NCBI GenBank assembly: GCA_963828465.1 | Contig: CAWHEU010000025.1 | Location: 32,001 to 96,000, forward strand | DNA length: 64,000 nt | Direction: 5' to 3' | DNA from: an uncultured Acidobacteriota bacterium | GTDB lineage: Bacteria; Actinomycetota; Acidimicrobiia; Spongiisociales; ZC4RG35 | In this document: positions 37,382 to 46,834 of the stretch, one piece after another | Position numbering within the stretch: position 1 is the first letter of the stretch | How the letters are laid out: every line of letters starts with the position of its first letter | Notes under the pieces: model-generated | What the model was told of the DNA's origin: nothing | What the model saw: only the letters and a program-made list of their open reading frames with translations | Database searches by the model: none | Position numbers and translations under genes: made by a program

Positions 37382-38836
37382 ATGCCCGTTGACACAAACC
37401 ATTCCGACGGTGGTGGCCGTTCGCATCGTGTGGTGATCGTCGGCGCCGGATTCGCCGGCCTCTTCGCCGCAAAGGCGCTTCGGCGCGCCGATGTCGCGGT
37501 GACGGTCATCGACCGCACCAACCATCACCTGTTTCAGCCGCTGCTCTACCAGATGGCGACCGGCGTCCTCGCCGAGGGCGACATAGCTCCGCCGATCCGT
37601 GACATCCTGAGGGACCAGCCCAACACCGCGGTCATCCTGGGCGAGGTGGTGGGGATCGACATCGAGGCTCGAAGCTTGGTGGTCGACACGCTGGGCCGGC
37701 CAGCGAGGTGCCCTACGACAGTCTGATCGTTGCCACTGGCGCACAACAGTCATACTTCGGACACCCGGAGTTCGCCCAGTTCGCGCCCGGCATGAAGACA
37801 ATCGACGACGCCTTGGAGTTGCGGGGACGTATCTTCGGCGCCTTCGAACTTGCCGAGTGCGAACCCGATCCCGAGATCCGCCGGGCCTGGCTGACCTTCG
37901 TCGTCGTCGGCGCAGGACCGACCGGCGTCGAGCTTGCCGGACAGATCGCCGAGCTCGCACACCGGTCGCTGCGCGACAACTTCCGCCGAATCGACCCCGC
38001 CGAGGCTCGGGTCGTACTGCTGGACGCCGCCCCCACCGTGCTGCCGCCGTTCCCCGAATCGCTGCAGCGCCGCGCCGCCCGCGACCTGGAGCGTTCTGGC
38101 GTCGAGATCCACCTCGGCGCCACGGTCACCGGGGTAGACGAGCTCGGCCTCGACACCAACTCCGAAGACCCGCACGTGAGGCGAATCGACGCGATCACCA
38201 AGATCTGGGCCGCCGGCGTTCAGGGATCACCGCTCGGGCGCATCGTCGCCGAGGCGGCAGGCGGCGGCGTCGATCGCGCCGGCCGCGTACAAGTCCAGCC
38301 CGACCTAACCCTGCCCGGGCACCCCGAAGTCTTCGTAGTCGGCGATGTCATGAGCCTCAACGGCCTACCGGGGGTGGCGCAGGTGGCGATTCAATCCGGC
38401 CGTCACGCCGCCCACACGATCGTCTCGCAGGCTCCGGGGTGACACGACCGAGCGCCCGTTCGTGTACAGCGACAAAGGCACGCTGGCCACGATCTCGCGC
38501 TTCAACGCCGTCGCCAGCGTCGGGCGTGTCCGCCTATCGGGCTTCCTCGCCTGGCTCCTGTGGCTGGCGGTCCATCTCATCGCCCTGACCGGCTTCAAGA
38601 ACCGGGTCGCGGTGCTGTTCAACTGGACGGTCGCGTTCCTCGGCCGCGGCCGCCAGCAGCGCACGATCACTACACAGCAAGTCTTCGCCCGCCAGTCACT
38701 CGAATCCCAAGCCGGCCAAATCCGCATCCCAAGTTCCAGTCGAGCCCGTAAACCCGCCAACCACGGACCAATCCGAACCTCCAAGGAGAGCCACGCCATG
38801 ACGACCCGCAACGACACCGAAGGATGCCCAAGATGA
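37382..38836 (+). CDS. ndh: Type II NADH dehydrogenase (two frameshifts, near 37710 and 38440)
   Basis: GAGFAG, HLFQPLLYQ, YDSLIVATG, GAGPTGVELAG, WAAGV, YSDKGTLATI and WLAVHL, spread over three frames. Confidence 0.85.
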
Positions 38837-39727
38837 CATTCACCAGAGATCACCACCGCGGGCGCAGGCACCATGGGCTCTCAAGTTGCCTGGCAGATGG
38901 CGTTTCACGGCAAGCATGTGACCGTGTACGACGCCATCCCCGCGGGCTTGGAGAACGGCAAGGCACTCCATCTGAAGTACGGGGAGCACTTCATCGAGCA
39001 GCGCGGCGCAACCCAGAAGCAGATCGACGACACCTTCTCTCGCCTCACCTACACGACCGACCTGTCAGAGGCGGTACGCGATGCCGATCTGATCAGCGAG
39101 TCCGTGCCCGAGTCCACGTCGATCAAGGAATCCTTCTGGCGCGAAGCGTCCAGAAATGCCCCAGAGCGGACCGTGTTCACGACCAATAGTTCGACCCTGC
39201 CGCCGAGTTCGCTGGTGGGCTTCGTCGACCGGCCTGAGAAGTTCCTGGCCTTGCACTTTGCCATCGGCGTGTGGGACTCGAACATCGGCGAAGTCATGGG
39301 CCACCCCGGCACCGACACGGCAGTTTTCGACCGAGTGCTGAAGTTCGCCGAGGAAATTGGCCTGGTACCGATCCCCATTCGCAAAGAACAGAGCGGCTAC
39401 GTAATAAACAGCTTGCTGGTGCCCTGGTGCACTGCCGCGCTTGATCTGCAGGTGCGCGGCGTGAGCGACTTCGAGAGCATCGATCGAACGTGGATGATCA
39501 CGTTGCAGGCTGGGATGGGCCCCTTCGGCATGATGGACCGCATGGGCCTCGGTGTCGTGTACCACGTGGCGAAGCTGATCGGCGAAACGACCCCAAACAC
39601 GCAGGCGCTCGAGTCCGCCCGATACCTCGACGAGCATTTCATCCAGAAAAGCCTCCTTGGTGTAGTGAGCGGCCAGGGCTTCTATCGCTATCCGAATCCG
39701 GCCTACGACCAGCCGGGATTCATCTGA
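38833..39727 (+). CDS. 3-hydroxyacyl-CoA dehydrogenase family protein (frameshift near 38845)
   Basis: MTF then EITTAGAGTMGSQVA in a shifted frame; ESVPE, TNSSTL, LHF, GPFGMMD, GQGFYRY. Confidence 0.85.
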
Positions 39728-39843
39728 ATCAGCTCCCACATTGTTCGGTGCAAGTCCGGGGCCTAATTGGCCGGATTGGCAAGCGGCTTCGAACACGGAC
39801 CTTGCACTTGGAGTTCGCTACGGCCGATCAAGATTGGACCGAA

Positions 39844-39945
39844 CAACTCGATCATCTAACCCGCGGTTGACATCATGGCCAGCTATCAGCGTGTTCTCCA
39901 AGGCACCGCAGGCCCGAAGCCGCCACACCTTTGAGCAGCTTTTCT
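39844..39945 (+). pseudogene. Decayed tyrosine integrase C-terminal remnant (scar 2)
   Basis: Allowing indels it reads QLDH-NP...MASYQRVLQG-QA-EAA-TFEQL, a degraded LGH...T..YQHVLPGMQAEAA. The Tyr codon is at 39884. Confidence 0.6.
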
Positions 39946-39982
39946 CAAGAAACCCGAAGGTCATAGGTGCGACGAATGCCCT

Positions 39983-40070
39983 GGTAGAGACGGTGGATGA
40001 ATCGGTAGACACCCGGGAGGAGATAGCCCCGGGACGGTAGAAACCCCCAGGTCATTGACCAGGGGTTTTC
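39983..40070. mobile_element. att-proximal region at tRNA-fMet 3' end: GGTAGA repeats plus hairpin
   Basis: GGTAGA at 39983, CGGTGGA at 39991, CGGTAGA at 40003 and 40035. Hairpin GAAACCCCCAGGTCATTGACCAGGGGTTTTC at 40040-40070 abuts the tRNA. Confidence 0.55.
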
Positions 40071-40072
40071 AG

Positions 40073-40146
<74 letters not shown>

Positions 40147-40195
40147 TCGAGGTGTTTCACCAAGTGTACGACTGCATCGGGTTTGTGCCAATAGG

Positions 40196-40549
40196 TCAGC
40201 GGCCGGCCAGATCGACCCAGACATAGTCGACAACGGCTTCGATCTCTTCGGGGCTGAGACGGGTCTCGAATCCGGGCATGCTCCCCGGGACACCGGTGGA
40301 GACGAAGGTCACGACTTCCTCCATCGAGTCGAATCGTGACAGCCCGCCGGCCAATGCGGGGCCGACGCCGCCCTCGCCTCCGGAGCCATGACATCCGGCG
40401 CAGTTGGAAGCGAACAGGTCGGCGCCGGATGCGACCGCTGATTCAGCTGGCTCGGCAACCGTGGGCGGGACTGTGAACAGCAGAACCACGGTGACCACGG
40501 TGGCGATAGCCACCACGATCTGAAAGCCGTTGACGAAGCGCTCGAACAT
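40196..40549 (-). CDS. Membrane-anchored monoheme cytochrome c
   Basis: N-terminal TM helix, CAGCH heme motif, GPAL, and a probable axial Met in SMPGF. TGATG-coupled to the upstream gene. Confidence 0.88.
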   Translation of the reverse strand: MFERFVNGFQIVVAIATVVTVVLLFTVPPTVAEPAESAVASGADLFASNCAGCHGSGGEGGVGPALAGGLSRFDSMEEVVTFVSTGVPGSMPGFETRLSPEEIEAVVDYVWVDLAGR

Positions 40550-41106
40550 CAGATACCCGGGAAGGCCACTGTGGTGAAGAACCAGAGCGATGTAGTCAGC
40601 CAGATCGCGACGAGGGTGGTGAAAACGATGCCCCCGAACACGGGAAGCGACCAGGAGGGAGTGTCGTGCGAGCGCACCAAGGTCACCTTGGCGGCAAAGG
40701 CGCCGTAGAAGACACAACCCAAAACCGAGTGGGCGAAGCGACGCAACTCGGTGAAGTCGGGCTCGAATCCCAGTGCCCAGAGACAATGAAACGCCACCGG
40801 CAGGCTGAGCGCAAAAGCGATGGTCCCGGAAAGGCGGTGGAGATCACCCCACCAAGACGGCATCGTCCTTGGGATCTTCACCTTGCCCCACATCCGCAGA
40901 GCGGAGTACACCTGCCCAAAGGCGAAGAACAGGATCACCGTTGTCGTCCACGCCTTGAAGCTGAGAGTGTTGGAGAAGAAGAGAGAGATCGTCTGCTGGC
41001 CGGCCGGGTCGTGAACTGATCCATAGACCCCTACGGCGATCGCTACCGCACCTCCGAGGAGAAGCGCGGTCCAGAGAGCCCGGTCCGAAGCCGACCTTGC
41101 GGTCAT
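40549..41106 (-). CDS. DUF6529-like membrane protein (His-containing, cytochrome b-like)
   Basis: 4-5 TM helices with LHRLSG, FHCLWALGF, AHSVLGC.FYGAF and WLTTSLWFF. Confidence 0.7.
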   Translation of the reverse strand: MTARSASDRALWTALLLGGAVAIAVGVYGSVHDPAGQQTISLFFSNTLSFKAWTTTVILFFAFGQVYSALRMWGKVKIPRTMPSWWGDLHRLSGTIAFALSLPVAFHCLWALGFEPDFTELRRFAHSVLGCVFYGAFAAKVTLVRSHDTPSWSLPVFGGIVFTTLVAIWLTTSLWFFTTVAFPGI

Positions 41107-41257
41107 TCTTCGAAGCTACCGGTTCAGCCTGTTGCTCGCCTCACGCCGAGGGGTAAGTCGCTCGGGAGCGAGCGCCATAAGGACCATCGGCCCTGTGCAA
41201 CGGCCTGCTCACTCGGGATGATCGGATTCGGAAGCTACGACTCGATTGGAGAACGAC

Positions 41258-42016
41258 ATGGCGAAGCATGACTACACGGACAAGGTGGCGTTGGTGACCG
41301 GGGGCGGCTCCGGGATCGGGGAGGCGTGTGCCGTGACCTTTGCTCGCTCCGGGGCGAAGGTGATCGTTGCCGACTACGACAAGGACGGCGGGGACCGGGT
41401 GACGGAGGCGATCCGAGCCGAGAGCCTGGACGCAACTTTCGTCGAGGTCGATGTCTCCAAGCCCGAGCAGATCGAGGCGATGGTGGCTGCGACCGTCAAG
41501 TCCTACGGCGGGCTACACGTCGCAGTCAACAACGCCGGGATTGGTGGCGCTCAGGCTCTCATCGGCGAATATCCAATAGACAGCTGGCAGCAAGTGATCG
41601 AGGTCAATCTGAACGGCGTCTTCTACTGCATGAGACATGAGATCCCGGCCATGCTGGATTCCGGCGGCGGGTCGATCATCAACATGGCATCGATCCTGGG
41701 CAGTGTCGGGTTCGCCAACTCGCCGGCCTACGTGGCGGCGAAACACGGCGTTGTCGGCCTGACGAAGACGGCTGCGATCGAGTATTCGGCCCAGGGAATC
41801 AGGGTCAATTCGGTCGGCCCCGGTTTCATCAATACGCCTTTGCTAGCGGACAACCTCGACGACGAGACCTTGAAAGTGATCGCCGGCATGCACCCGATCG
41901 GACGGTTGGGTGAGGCTCAGGAGGTAGCCGACCTGGTCGCCTTCCTTGGTTCCGATCAGGCTTCTTTCTGCACGGGCGCCTACTACTTGGTCGACGGGGG
42001 CTACACCGCCAACTGA
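41258..42016 (+). CDS. Short-chain dehydrogenase/reductase
   Basis: TGGGSGIG, NNAGI, YVAAK, PG, VDGG. Confidence 0.95.
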   Translation: MAKHDYTDKVALVTGGGSGIGEACAVTFARSGAKVIVADYDKDGGDRVTEAIRAESLDATFVEVDVSKPEQIEAMVAATVKSYGGLHVAVNNAGIGGAQALIGEYPIDSWQQVIEVNLNGVFYCMRHEIPAMLDSGGGSIINMASILGSVGFANSPAYVAAKHGVVGLTKTAAIEYSAQGIRVNSVGPGFINTPLLADNLDDETLKVIAGMHPIGRLGEAQEVADLVAFLGSDQASFCTGAYYLVDGGYTAN

Positions 42017-42037
42017 GTTGGTAAAAACACGAAAGCC

Positions 42038-42064
42038 GGTTTGAGACTTGGCCCGCTGGGGTAC
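42038..42064 (+). promoter_or_regulatory. SigF/SigB-type stress promoter
   Basis: GGTTT-N16-GGGTAC matches the actinobacterial SigF-type consensus GGWWT-N16/17-GGGTAY. Confidence 0.6.
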
Positions 42065-42129
42065 GAAGCCATCTTGTCGCGTGGGCGTCCGGTGGGCCGG
42101 GCGACACGTGTCCCTGGAATGGAGGACAT

Positions 42130-42282
42130 ATGGACCGGAGACTGCGCAAGACGAAGACGATCGCAGCCGCAATAACCCTGGCGTTGGCGGTCGCTGCGTG
42201 CGATAGCGGAGACCCCGCTGACCCGACCGACCCGGCCACCGAGACCACGGTGCCGGCCGAGACCACAACTGCTGCCGGCTGA
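42130..42282 (+). CDS. 50-aa small lipoprotein
   Basis: Below the ORF-track cut-off. GGAGG RBS, then MDRRLRKTKTIAAAITLALAVAA-CDSGDPADPTDPATETTVPAETTTAAG with a basic N-region, an h-region and lipobox VAA-C. Confidence 0.72.
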   Translation: MDRRLRKTKTIAAAITLALAVAACDSGDPADPTDPATETTVPAETTTAAG

Positions 42283-42300
42283 CGCCGCCGGTAGCTTGTT

Positions 42301-42328
42301 GGGGGGCGCCATCCCGGTGGCGCCCTCC
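42301..42328. terminator. GC-rich stem-loop between convergent genes
   Basis: GGGCGCCA-tcccgg-TGGCGCCC, 19 nt after the lipoprotein stop codon. Confidence 0.55.
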
Positions 42329-42371
42329 GGCGCGCTGTGGTGTTTCCCCAACCCCACCACCCACCCGGGGG

Positions 42372-42737
42372 CTACTCCGCCCCTTCGACCCACCCGGTGA
42401 TACTTGCCACGTGGCCATCCGGGTCCCGGAAATGGGAGGCGAACAACGTCCGCTCCCCGTCGGATGTCACGGCTCTTGGTTCGACATCGAATGGGACGCC
42501 CCGTTCCCGCATCTCCGAGATGACGGAATGCACGTCCTCGACTTCGAACACGATCTCCGTTTCGGAGGCCTGATCCTCGAAGACCAGTGGCTGATTCAGG
42601 GTGAGCTGGTTCTCACCGACGGCGAAGAAGGCGAACTCATCGCCTGACCAGCTCAAGTCGAGCCCGACCAGGTCGCGCCAGAAGGCAACCGAGTCCGCGA
42701 GATCCGAGACCCGCAGGATGACGTTGCTGAGACGCAT
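42372..42737 (-). CDS. VOC/glyoxalase family protein
   Basis: VILRVSDLADSVAFWRDLVGL and HFRDPDGH. Confidence 0.88.
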   Translation of the reverse strand: MRLSNVILRVSDLADSVAFWRDLVGLDLSWSGDEFAFFAVGENQLTLNQPLVFEDQASETEIVFEVEDVHSVISEMRERGVPFDVEPRAVTSDGERTLFASHFRDPDGHVASITGWVEGAE

Positions 42738-42772
42738 GGCCGGGAACCTACTCCCGACTGCCAGGCCTCAGC

Positions 42773-42871
42773 TCAGAGTTCGTCCCACCAGATGGCGGCG
42801 ATGGCGTAGCCCCCGACCAGGATCATCAGCACCGCAGCGGCCCCCGCCACCAGATTCGTAGCCAGCTCCAT
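42773..42871 (-). CDS. Putative 32-aa single-pass membrane peptide
   Basis: MELATNLVAGAAAVLMILVGGYAIAAIWWDEL fills the gap between infA and the VOC gene on the same strand. Confidence 0.45.
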   Translation of the reverse strand: MELATNLVAGAAAVLMILVGGYAIAAIWWDEL

Positions 42872-42941
42872 GACGGCATCTTGCCGGACGACCCTGACAG
42901 ATTCCATAAGGCGAGCGGCCTGTTGAGGCCAGAAGGCAGGT

Positions 42942-43169
42942 CTAGCGGTAGCGCCAGACGATGCGACCCCGGGTGGGGTCGTAGGTCGACACTTCGACGT
43001 CGACGGTGTCACCAGGGAGGACCCGGATGCCACGCCCCCGACGCATCCGCCCGGAGGGCTTGGCGAGGAGCTCGAGACCGCCCTCCAACTGCACCTCGAA
43101 GGTCGAGTCGGGCAGCATCTTGAGCACCGTGCCCCTCATCCGTATGTATTCGTCTTCGTCTTTCGCCAT
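42942..43169 (-). CDS. infA: Translation initiation factor IF-1, divergent paralog
   Basis: GTVLKMLPDSTFEVQL, SGRMR..IRVLPGD.V.VE.S.YD..RGRI.WR. It is not inside a ribosomal protein operon. Confidence 0.9.
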   Translation of the reverse strand: MAKDEDEYIRMRGTVLKMLPDSTFEVQLEGGLELLAKPSGRMRRGRGIRVLPGDTVDVEVSTYDPTRGRIVWRYR

Positions 43170-43226
43170 GTGCTTCCTGAAGGAGGAGGCCAGTGTAGGA
43201 GAGCGCCCGGTCCTGTCGGGAATGCG

Positions 43227-43628
43227 TCAGGCCGCGGCGAGCCGAAGACTGGACACAGCAGCGATCCGTTCGAAGTGTTTGTCGGCGGTCAGAAGGGGAA
43301 CCTTCTTTCCGATGGCGACGGCAGCAATGACCAGGTCGTTGGTGTTGGCCGGGTGGAAGCCATCGCTACGGCAGCGTGTGTAGAGCTCGGCGGCGATCTC
43401 GTAGTCGAATAGGGGCCGTGTCGGGAGCATCGAGCAGCGATTCATGAGACCCCAGATCCGGCTTCTGTGGTCCGATATACCTGCGCCGCAGAGGAGCTCC
43501 ATGATCACGACGTCAGTAGTGGCCAGCCTCTCATCCGCGTCGATCATCGATCGCACTCGTACATTGACGTCAGACCCGGTGCTCCTCAGGAACTCGACCC
43601 AAGCGGAAGTGTCGACCAGGGTGGTCAA
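43227..43628 (-). CDS. vapC: VapC PIN-domain toxin
   Basis: LVDTSAW, MELL, NDLVIAA and TADKHF give the acidic PIN tetrad. The TTG start overlaps the vapB stop. Confidence 0.9.
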   Translation of the reverse strand: MTTLVDTSAWVEFLRSTGSDVNVRVRSMIDADERLATTDVVIMELLCGAGISDHRSRIWGLMNRCSMLPTRPLFDYEIAAELYTRCRSDGFHPANTNDLVIAAVAIGKKVPLLTADKHFERIAAVSSLRLAAA

Positions 43629-43840
43629 TCCCACTCCTCGATGATCACCTTGCCGCGGATTTCATCCAGGTCTCCGTCCCAGCCCGATCCCTCCATCGCC
43701 AACGCTTGCTCTCTGGTCATGACCCCACCGACCAGTCGTTCCAGGGCCAGCTGCACCACCTCACGTTTTGTCTTCAGCCCATAGCGACGCATCGCCATCT
43801 CGACCAGTGTGTCGTCGAGCTCGATGTTGGTCCTGCTCAT
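43625..43840 (-). CDS. vapB: VapB antitoxin (ribbon-helix-helix, mycobacterial type)
   Basis: MSRTNIELDDTLV..AMRRYGLKTKREVV..AL and GWDGDLDEIR. Confidence 0.9.
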   Translation of the reverse strand: MSRTNIELDDTLVEMAMRRYGLKTKREVVQLALERLVGGVMTREQALAMEGSGWDGDLDEIRGKVIIEEWD

Positions 43841-43850
43841 CTACACCAGC

Positions 43851-43868
43851 ATACACCAAGAGGTGTAT
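43851..43868. promoter_or_regulatory. vapBC autoregulatory operator and leaderless promoter
   Basis: ATACACC-aaga-GGTGTAT inverted repeat overlapping a minus-strand TATGCT -10 box, 7 nt before the vapB ATG. Confidence 0.7.
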
Positions 43869-43871
43869 CCG

Positions 43872-46784
43872 CTATCCGGTCGGGACCCGTCTCCCTGCCT
43901 CGACGGCATCGGCGATGATCGCCTGGGCCTCGCTGAGCAGGCGCTCGGCCTCGTCGACCCAGCGCTGATATTCGGCGAGATCACCGGCCGTCAAGGCTTG
44001 GTCGGCCGCCGCAAACGCAGCCGCCGCCTGGTCTAACAACTCCTCGACCGTGCCCCCGTCCGGGGTGGGCTCCGTCGGTTCGGATGGCTCGGTCGGGTCA
44101 TCGCCTTCCCCGAACACGAGATCCAACGCGCCGTCGAGGGTCTCCGACCATTCGACCTGGTCGCGATACACCACGATCACCCGTCGGAACTCGGGGATGC
44201 CTCCGCCTTCAGCCTCGAGAAAGATCGGCTGGATATACAGAATCGAGTCCTCGATCGGAACCACGAGCAGATCGCCCTTGATGACCACCGAGCCCTGGTT
44301 GTCCCACAGGGTGAACTGCGATGAGATGTCGGCATCCTGGTCGATGCGCTGACCGACCTGCTCGGTCCCGTCGACTAGTTCACCCTGGGGCATCCGGTAG
44401 TCGATCAGCCGCCCGTACCGGCCCGGGGTGGAGTCGGCGACCAGGAACGCCGACATGTTTCGTCGGTCGCCAGGGGTGAACGGCTGGAGGAGCAGGTAAG
44501 AGAGGTCGTCCTCACCGGGCAGCTTGGTCAGCAGGTAGTAAGGCAGGATCTCCGCCCTGTAGGCATATTGGCCAGTGGTCTGGTCGAGAGAGTCGCCGAA
44601 CAGGAGCCCGGCCCCGAGGGAAGCCGGGTCACGATCGATGGTGGCCGGGTCCTTCGGCAGTGACCAAGCGTCGTTTCCGCTGAAGAGCTCGTTGGGATCG
44701 GTGACGTGATATTCGAGGTAGAGCTGGCCTTGGACCCGGAACAGATCCTGCGGGTAGCGGAGATGCTCGACCAGGCTCTCCGGCATCTCGCTGAACGGCG
44801 TGAACAGCTCGGGATAGGCATGTGACCAGGCGCGGGCTATGGGGTCGTCGGGATCGACCAGATAGAGAGTGACATGGCCGTCGTAGGCGTCGACCACCGC
44901 CTTCACGGAGTTGCGCATGTAGTTGATGCCGGGGCGGAGGTCGGAGGATCGGGCCAGCCGCCCGATGGCATCGGGCTCCAGCGGCTGGGAGTACGGATAC
45001 TTGGAAGAAGTCGTGTAGAGGTCGACCACCCACAGGATCTCGCCGTTCTCGATCACGGGATAGGGGTCATCGTCGAGATGGAGGAAGGGGGCAACGCTCT
45101 CGACGATGTGGCTCACATTTCGCTCGACGAGCACTCGGCTGTCGGGGCGGACCTCGCCCGAGATGAGGAGGTTGAGGTCGCGGTAGCGGAACGCAAACGC
45201 AATCCGCTTCCAGATGCTGTCGAGGGTGACTCCGGCCTCGCCCGCGTATTCGTTGTAGGCGGTTCCTTGCTCGTCCGCCAAAGGGAAGTCCACTTCCTGT
45301 GGCTCGTCGCCCGTTCGGACGATCACCGGCCGGCCCTCGTTATACGTCTCCCCGAAATAGACCCTGGGCTCGTCGAGCTCGAGGCCCTCGACTGCGGCTT
45401 GCGGCGGAACATCTTTCAGCAGGAAGTTGGGCTGCCCGTCCTCGGCCACCTGGTTGGCGACGTTGACCACTGCCCCGAAGCCGTGGGTGTAGAGGAGGCG
45501 CTGGTTCAGCCAGTCTTCACGGGGCAGATTCACTTCCTCGAGCTCGCGCACCGCCAGCATGACCTGGGTCGGTATCCCTTCATTGAGGTATCGATCCGTG
45601 TCGACCACCGACAGCGTGTAGTAGTTCCGAAGCTCCTGAAAGCTCTGATAGGTGCGAGGCAGCACGGACGGATCCCAGATGCGCAGGTTGTCGATCGTGA
45701 GTTGGTTGGCCTCGATGTCCGCGAATTCGAGATCGTCAGCCGCCGTGAAGCTCCGTACCTCGACTTCGTCCAGTCCCCACGCCTGGCGGGTGAACTGGAT
45801 GCTGTGCTCGATATATGGGCCTTCCCTGGCCTGAGGCTGGGGATTCACCTGGATGCGCTGGATGATGGCCGGATAGATGACGGCGGCTGCGATCGCAACT
45901 ACCAGCCAGGATCCCACAGCCACCAGGGCGAGACTCCATCCCGGTCGGAAGATGTTGACGATGAAGAGGACTGCCGCCAACAGGGCCACCAGGATGAGCA
46001 GGCGATATGCAGGCAAGCGGGCCGTTATGTCGGTGAACCCCGGCCCGAAGAACTGGTCCGACACCCGGTCAGAGAGCAAGAGCTCGTACATGTCGATGCG
46101 GTAGACGACGGCCCGGACCAGGGCGATGAGCGCCAGCATCACCGAGATGTGGGTCTTTGCCCGCCGAGTCGCTGTCAAGCGCCGCCCGCTCAGACGCAGA
46201 CCACCGTTGAAATAGTGCCCGATGACCGTCACCACGGTCGCCAGCACGAGGAGGTTGAACACCCAGTCGGTGAGTGTCTCGATCAATGGCAGACGGAATA
46301 TGTAGAAACCGACGTCGAGGGAGAAGATCGGATCGAGAGTCCCGAAATCCTGGGCGTTGATGAAGAGAAAGACGTCGTCGCGCCAGGACGCCACAGTCAA
46401 GCCGAAGAGGACGGCGAGACCACCGGTCAGCCAGAATCGGATCTGGCGGATCCGCGGCTCGACCCACTCCCGGAATCGCTCGATCATCTCCTCTTCTTCG
46501 GTCAGATCGAAGGGAGCCCAGCGAGGAGACATGCGATCGACCAGCCGGAGGCTCACCCATAGGACCAGGAAGGCCAGTGCGATGCCGAGGGCGCCAAGAA
46601 GGATCGAAAGGCCCCATCGACGCTGCCACACCCCATCGAAGCCAATCGAGTCGAGCCACAGATAGTCGGTCCAGAGTGTTCCCAGTGCGGTCAGGGCGAG
46701 ATAGAGCGCCGCGACGGCAATCAGGATCAGAGTGATAGGCCGCCGTCTGTCCGACCGGTAGTCGGATGGAACCCTCGTGAACAT
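43872..46784 (-). CDS. UPF0182 family membrane protein
   Basis: WTDYLW, DPIFSLDVGFYIFRLP, NLRIWD, YTHGFG, YMRNSVKAVVDAYDG, HLRYPQDLF. Confidence 0.93.
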   Translation of the reverse strand: MFTRVPSDYRSDRRRPITLILIAVAALYLALTALGTLWTDYLWLDSIGFDGVWQRRWGLSILLGALGIALAFLVLWVSLRLVDRMSPRWAPFDLTEEEEMIERFREWVEPRIRQIRFWLTGGLAVLFGLTVASWRDDVFLFINAQDFGTLDPIFSLDVGFYIFRLPLIETLTDWVFNLLVLATVVTVIGHYFNGGLRLSGRRLTATRRAKTHISVMLALIALVRAVVYRIDMYELLLSDRVSDQFFGPGFTDITARLPAYRLLILVALLAAVLFIVNIFRPGWSLALVAVGSWLVVAIAAAVIYPAIIQRIQVNPQPQAREGPYIEHSIQFTRQAWGLDEVEVRSFTAADDLEFADIEANQLTIDNLRIWDPSVLPRTYQSFQELRNYYTLSVVDTDRYLNEGIPTQVMLAVRELEEVNLPREDWLNQRLLYTHGFGAVVNVANQVAEDGQPNFLLKDVPPQAAVEGLELDEPRVYFGETYNEGRPVIVRTGDEPQEVDFPLADEQGTAYNEYAGEAGVTLDSIWKRIAFAFRYRDLNLLISGEVRPDSRVLVERNVSHIVESVAPFLHLDDDPYPVIENGEILWVVDLYTTSSKYPYSQPLEPDAIGRLARSSDLRPGINYMRNSVKAVVDAYDGHVTLYLVDPDDPIARAWSHAYPELFTPFSEMPESLVEHLRYPQDLFRVQGQLYLEYHVTDPNELFSGNDAWSLPKDPATIDRDPASLGAGLLFGDSLDQTTGQYAYRAEILPYYLLTKLPGEDDLSYLLLQPFTPGDRRNMSAFLVADSTPGRYGRLIDYRMPQGELVDGTEQVGQRIDQDADISSQFTLWDNQGSVVIKGDLLVVPIEDSILYIQPIFLEAEGGGIPEFRRVIVVYRDQVEWSETLDGALDLVFGEGDDPTEPSEPTEPTPDGGTVEELLDQAAAAFAAADQALTAGDLAEYQRWVDEAERLLSEAQAIIADAVEAGRRVPTG

Positions 46785-46834
46785 TGGCCGTGAGGGTAAC
46801 GGTTCGGCTGTGCTTGTTTCTTCGGCGCTTCCGG

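Noticed and set aside
1-40072. Second att copy (duplicated tRNA-fMet 3' end) defining an intact island
   Set aside because: I found no repeat of the tRNA 3' sequence and no intact integrase by eye, so the left boundary cannot be set.
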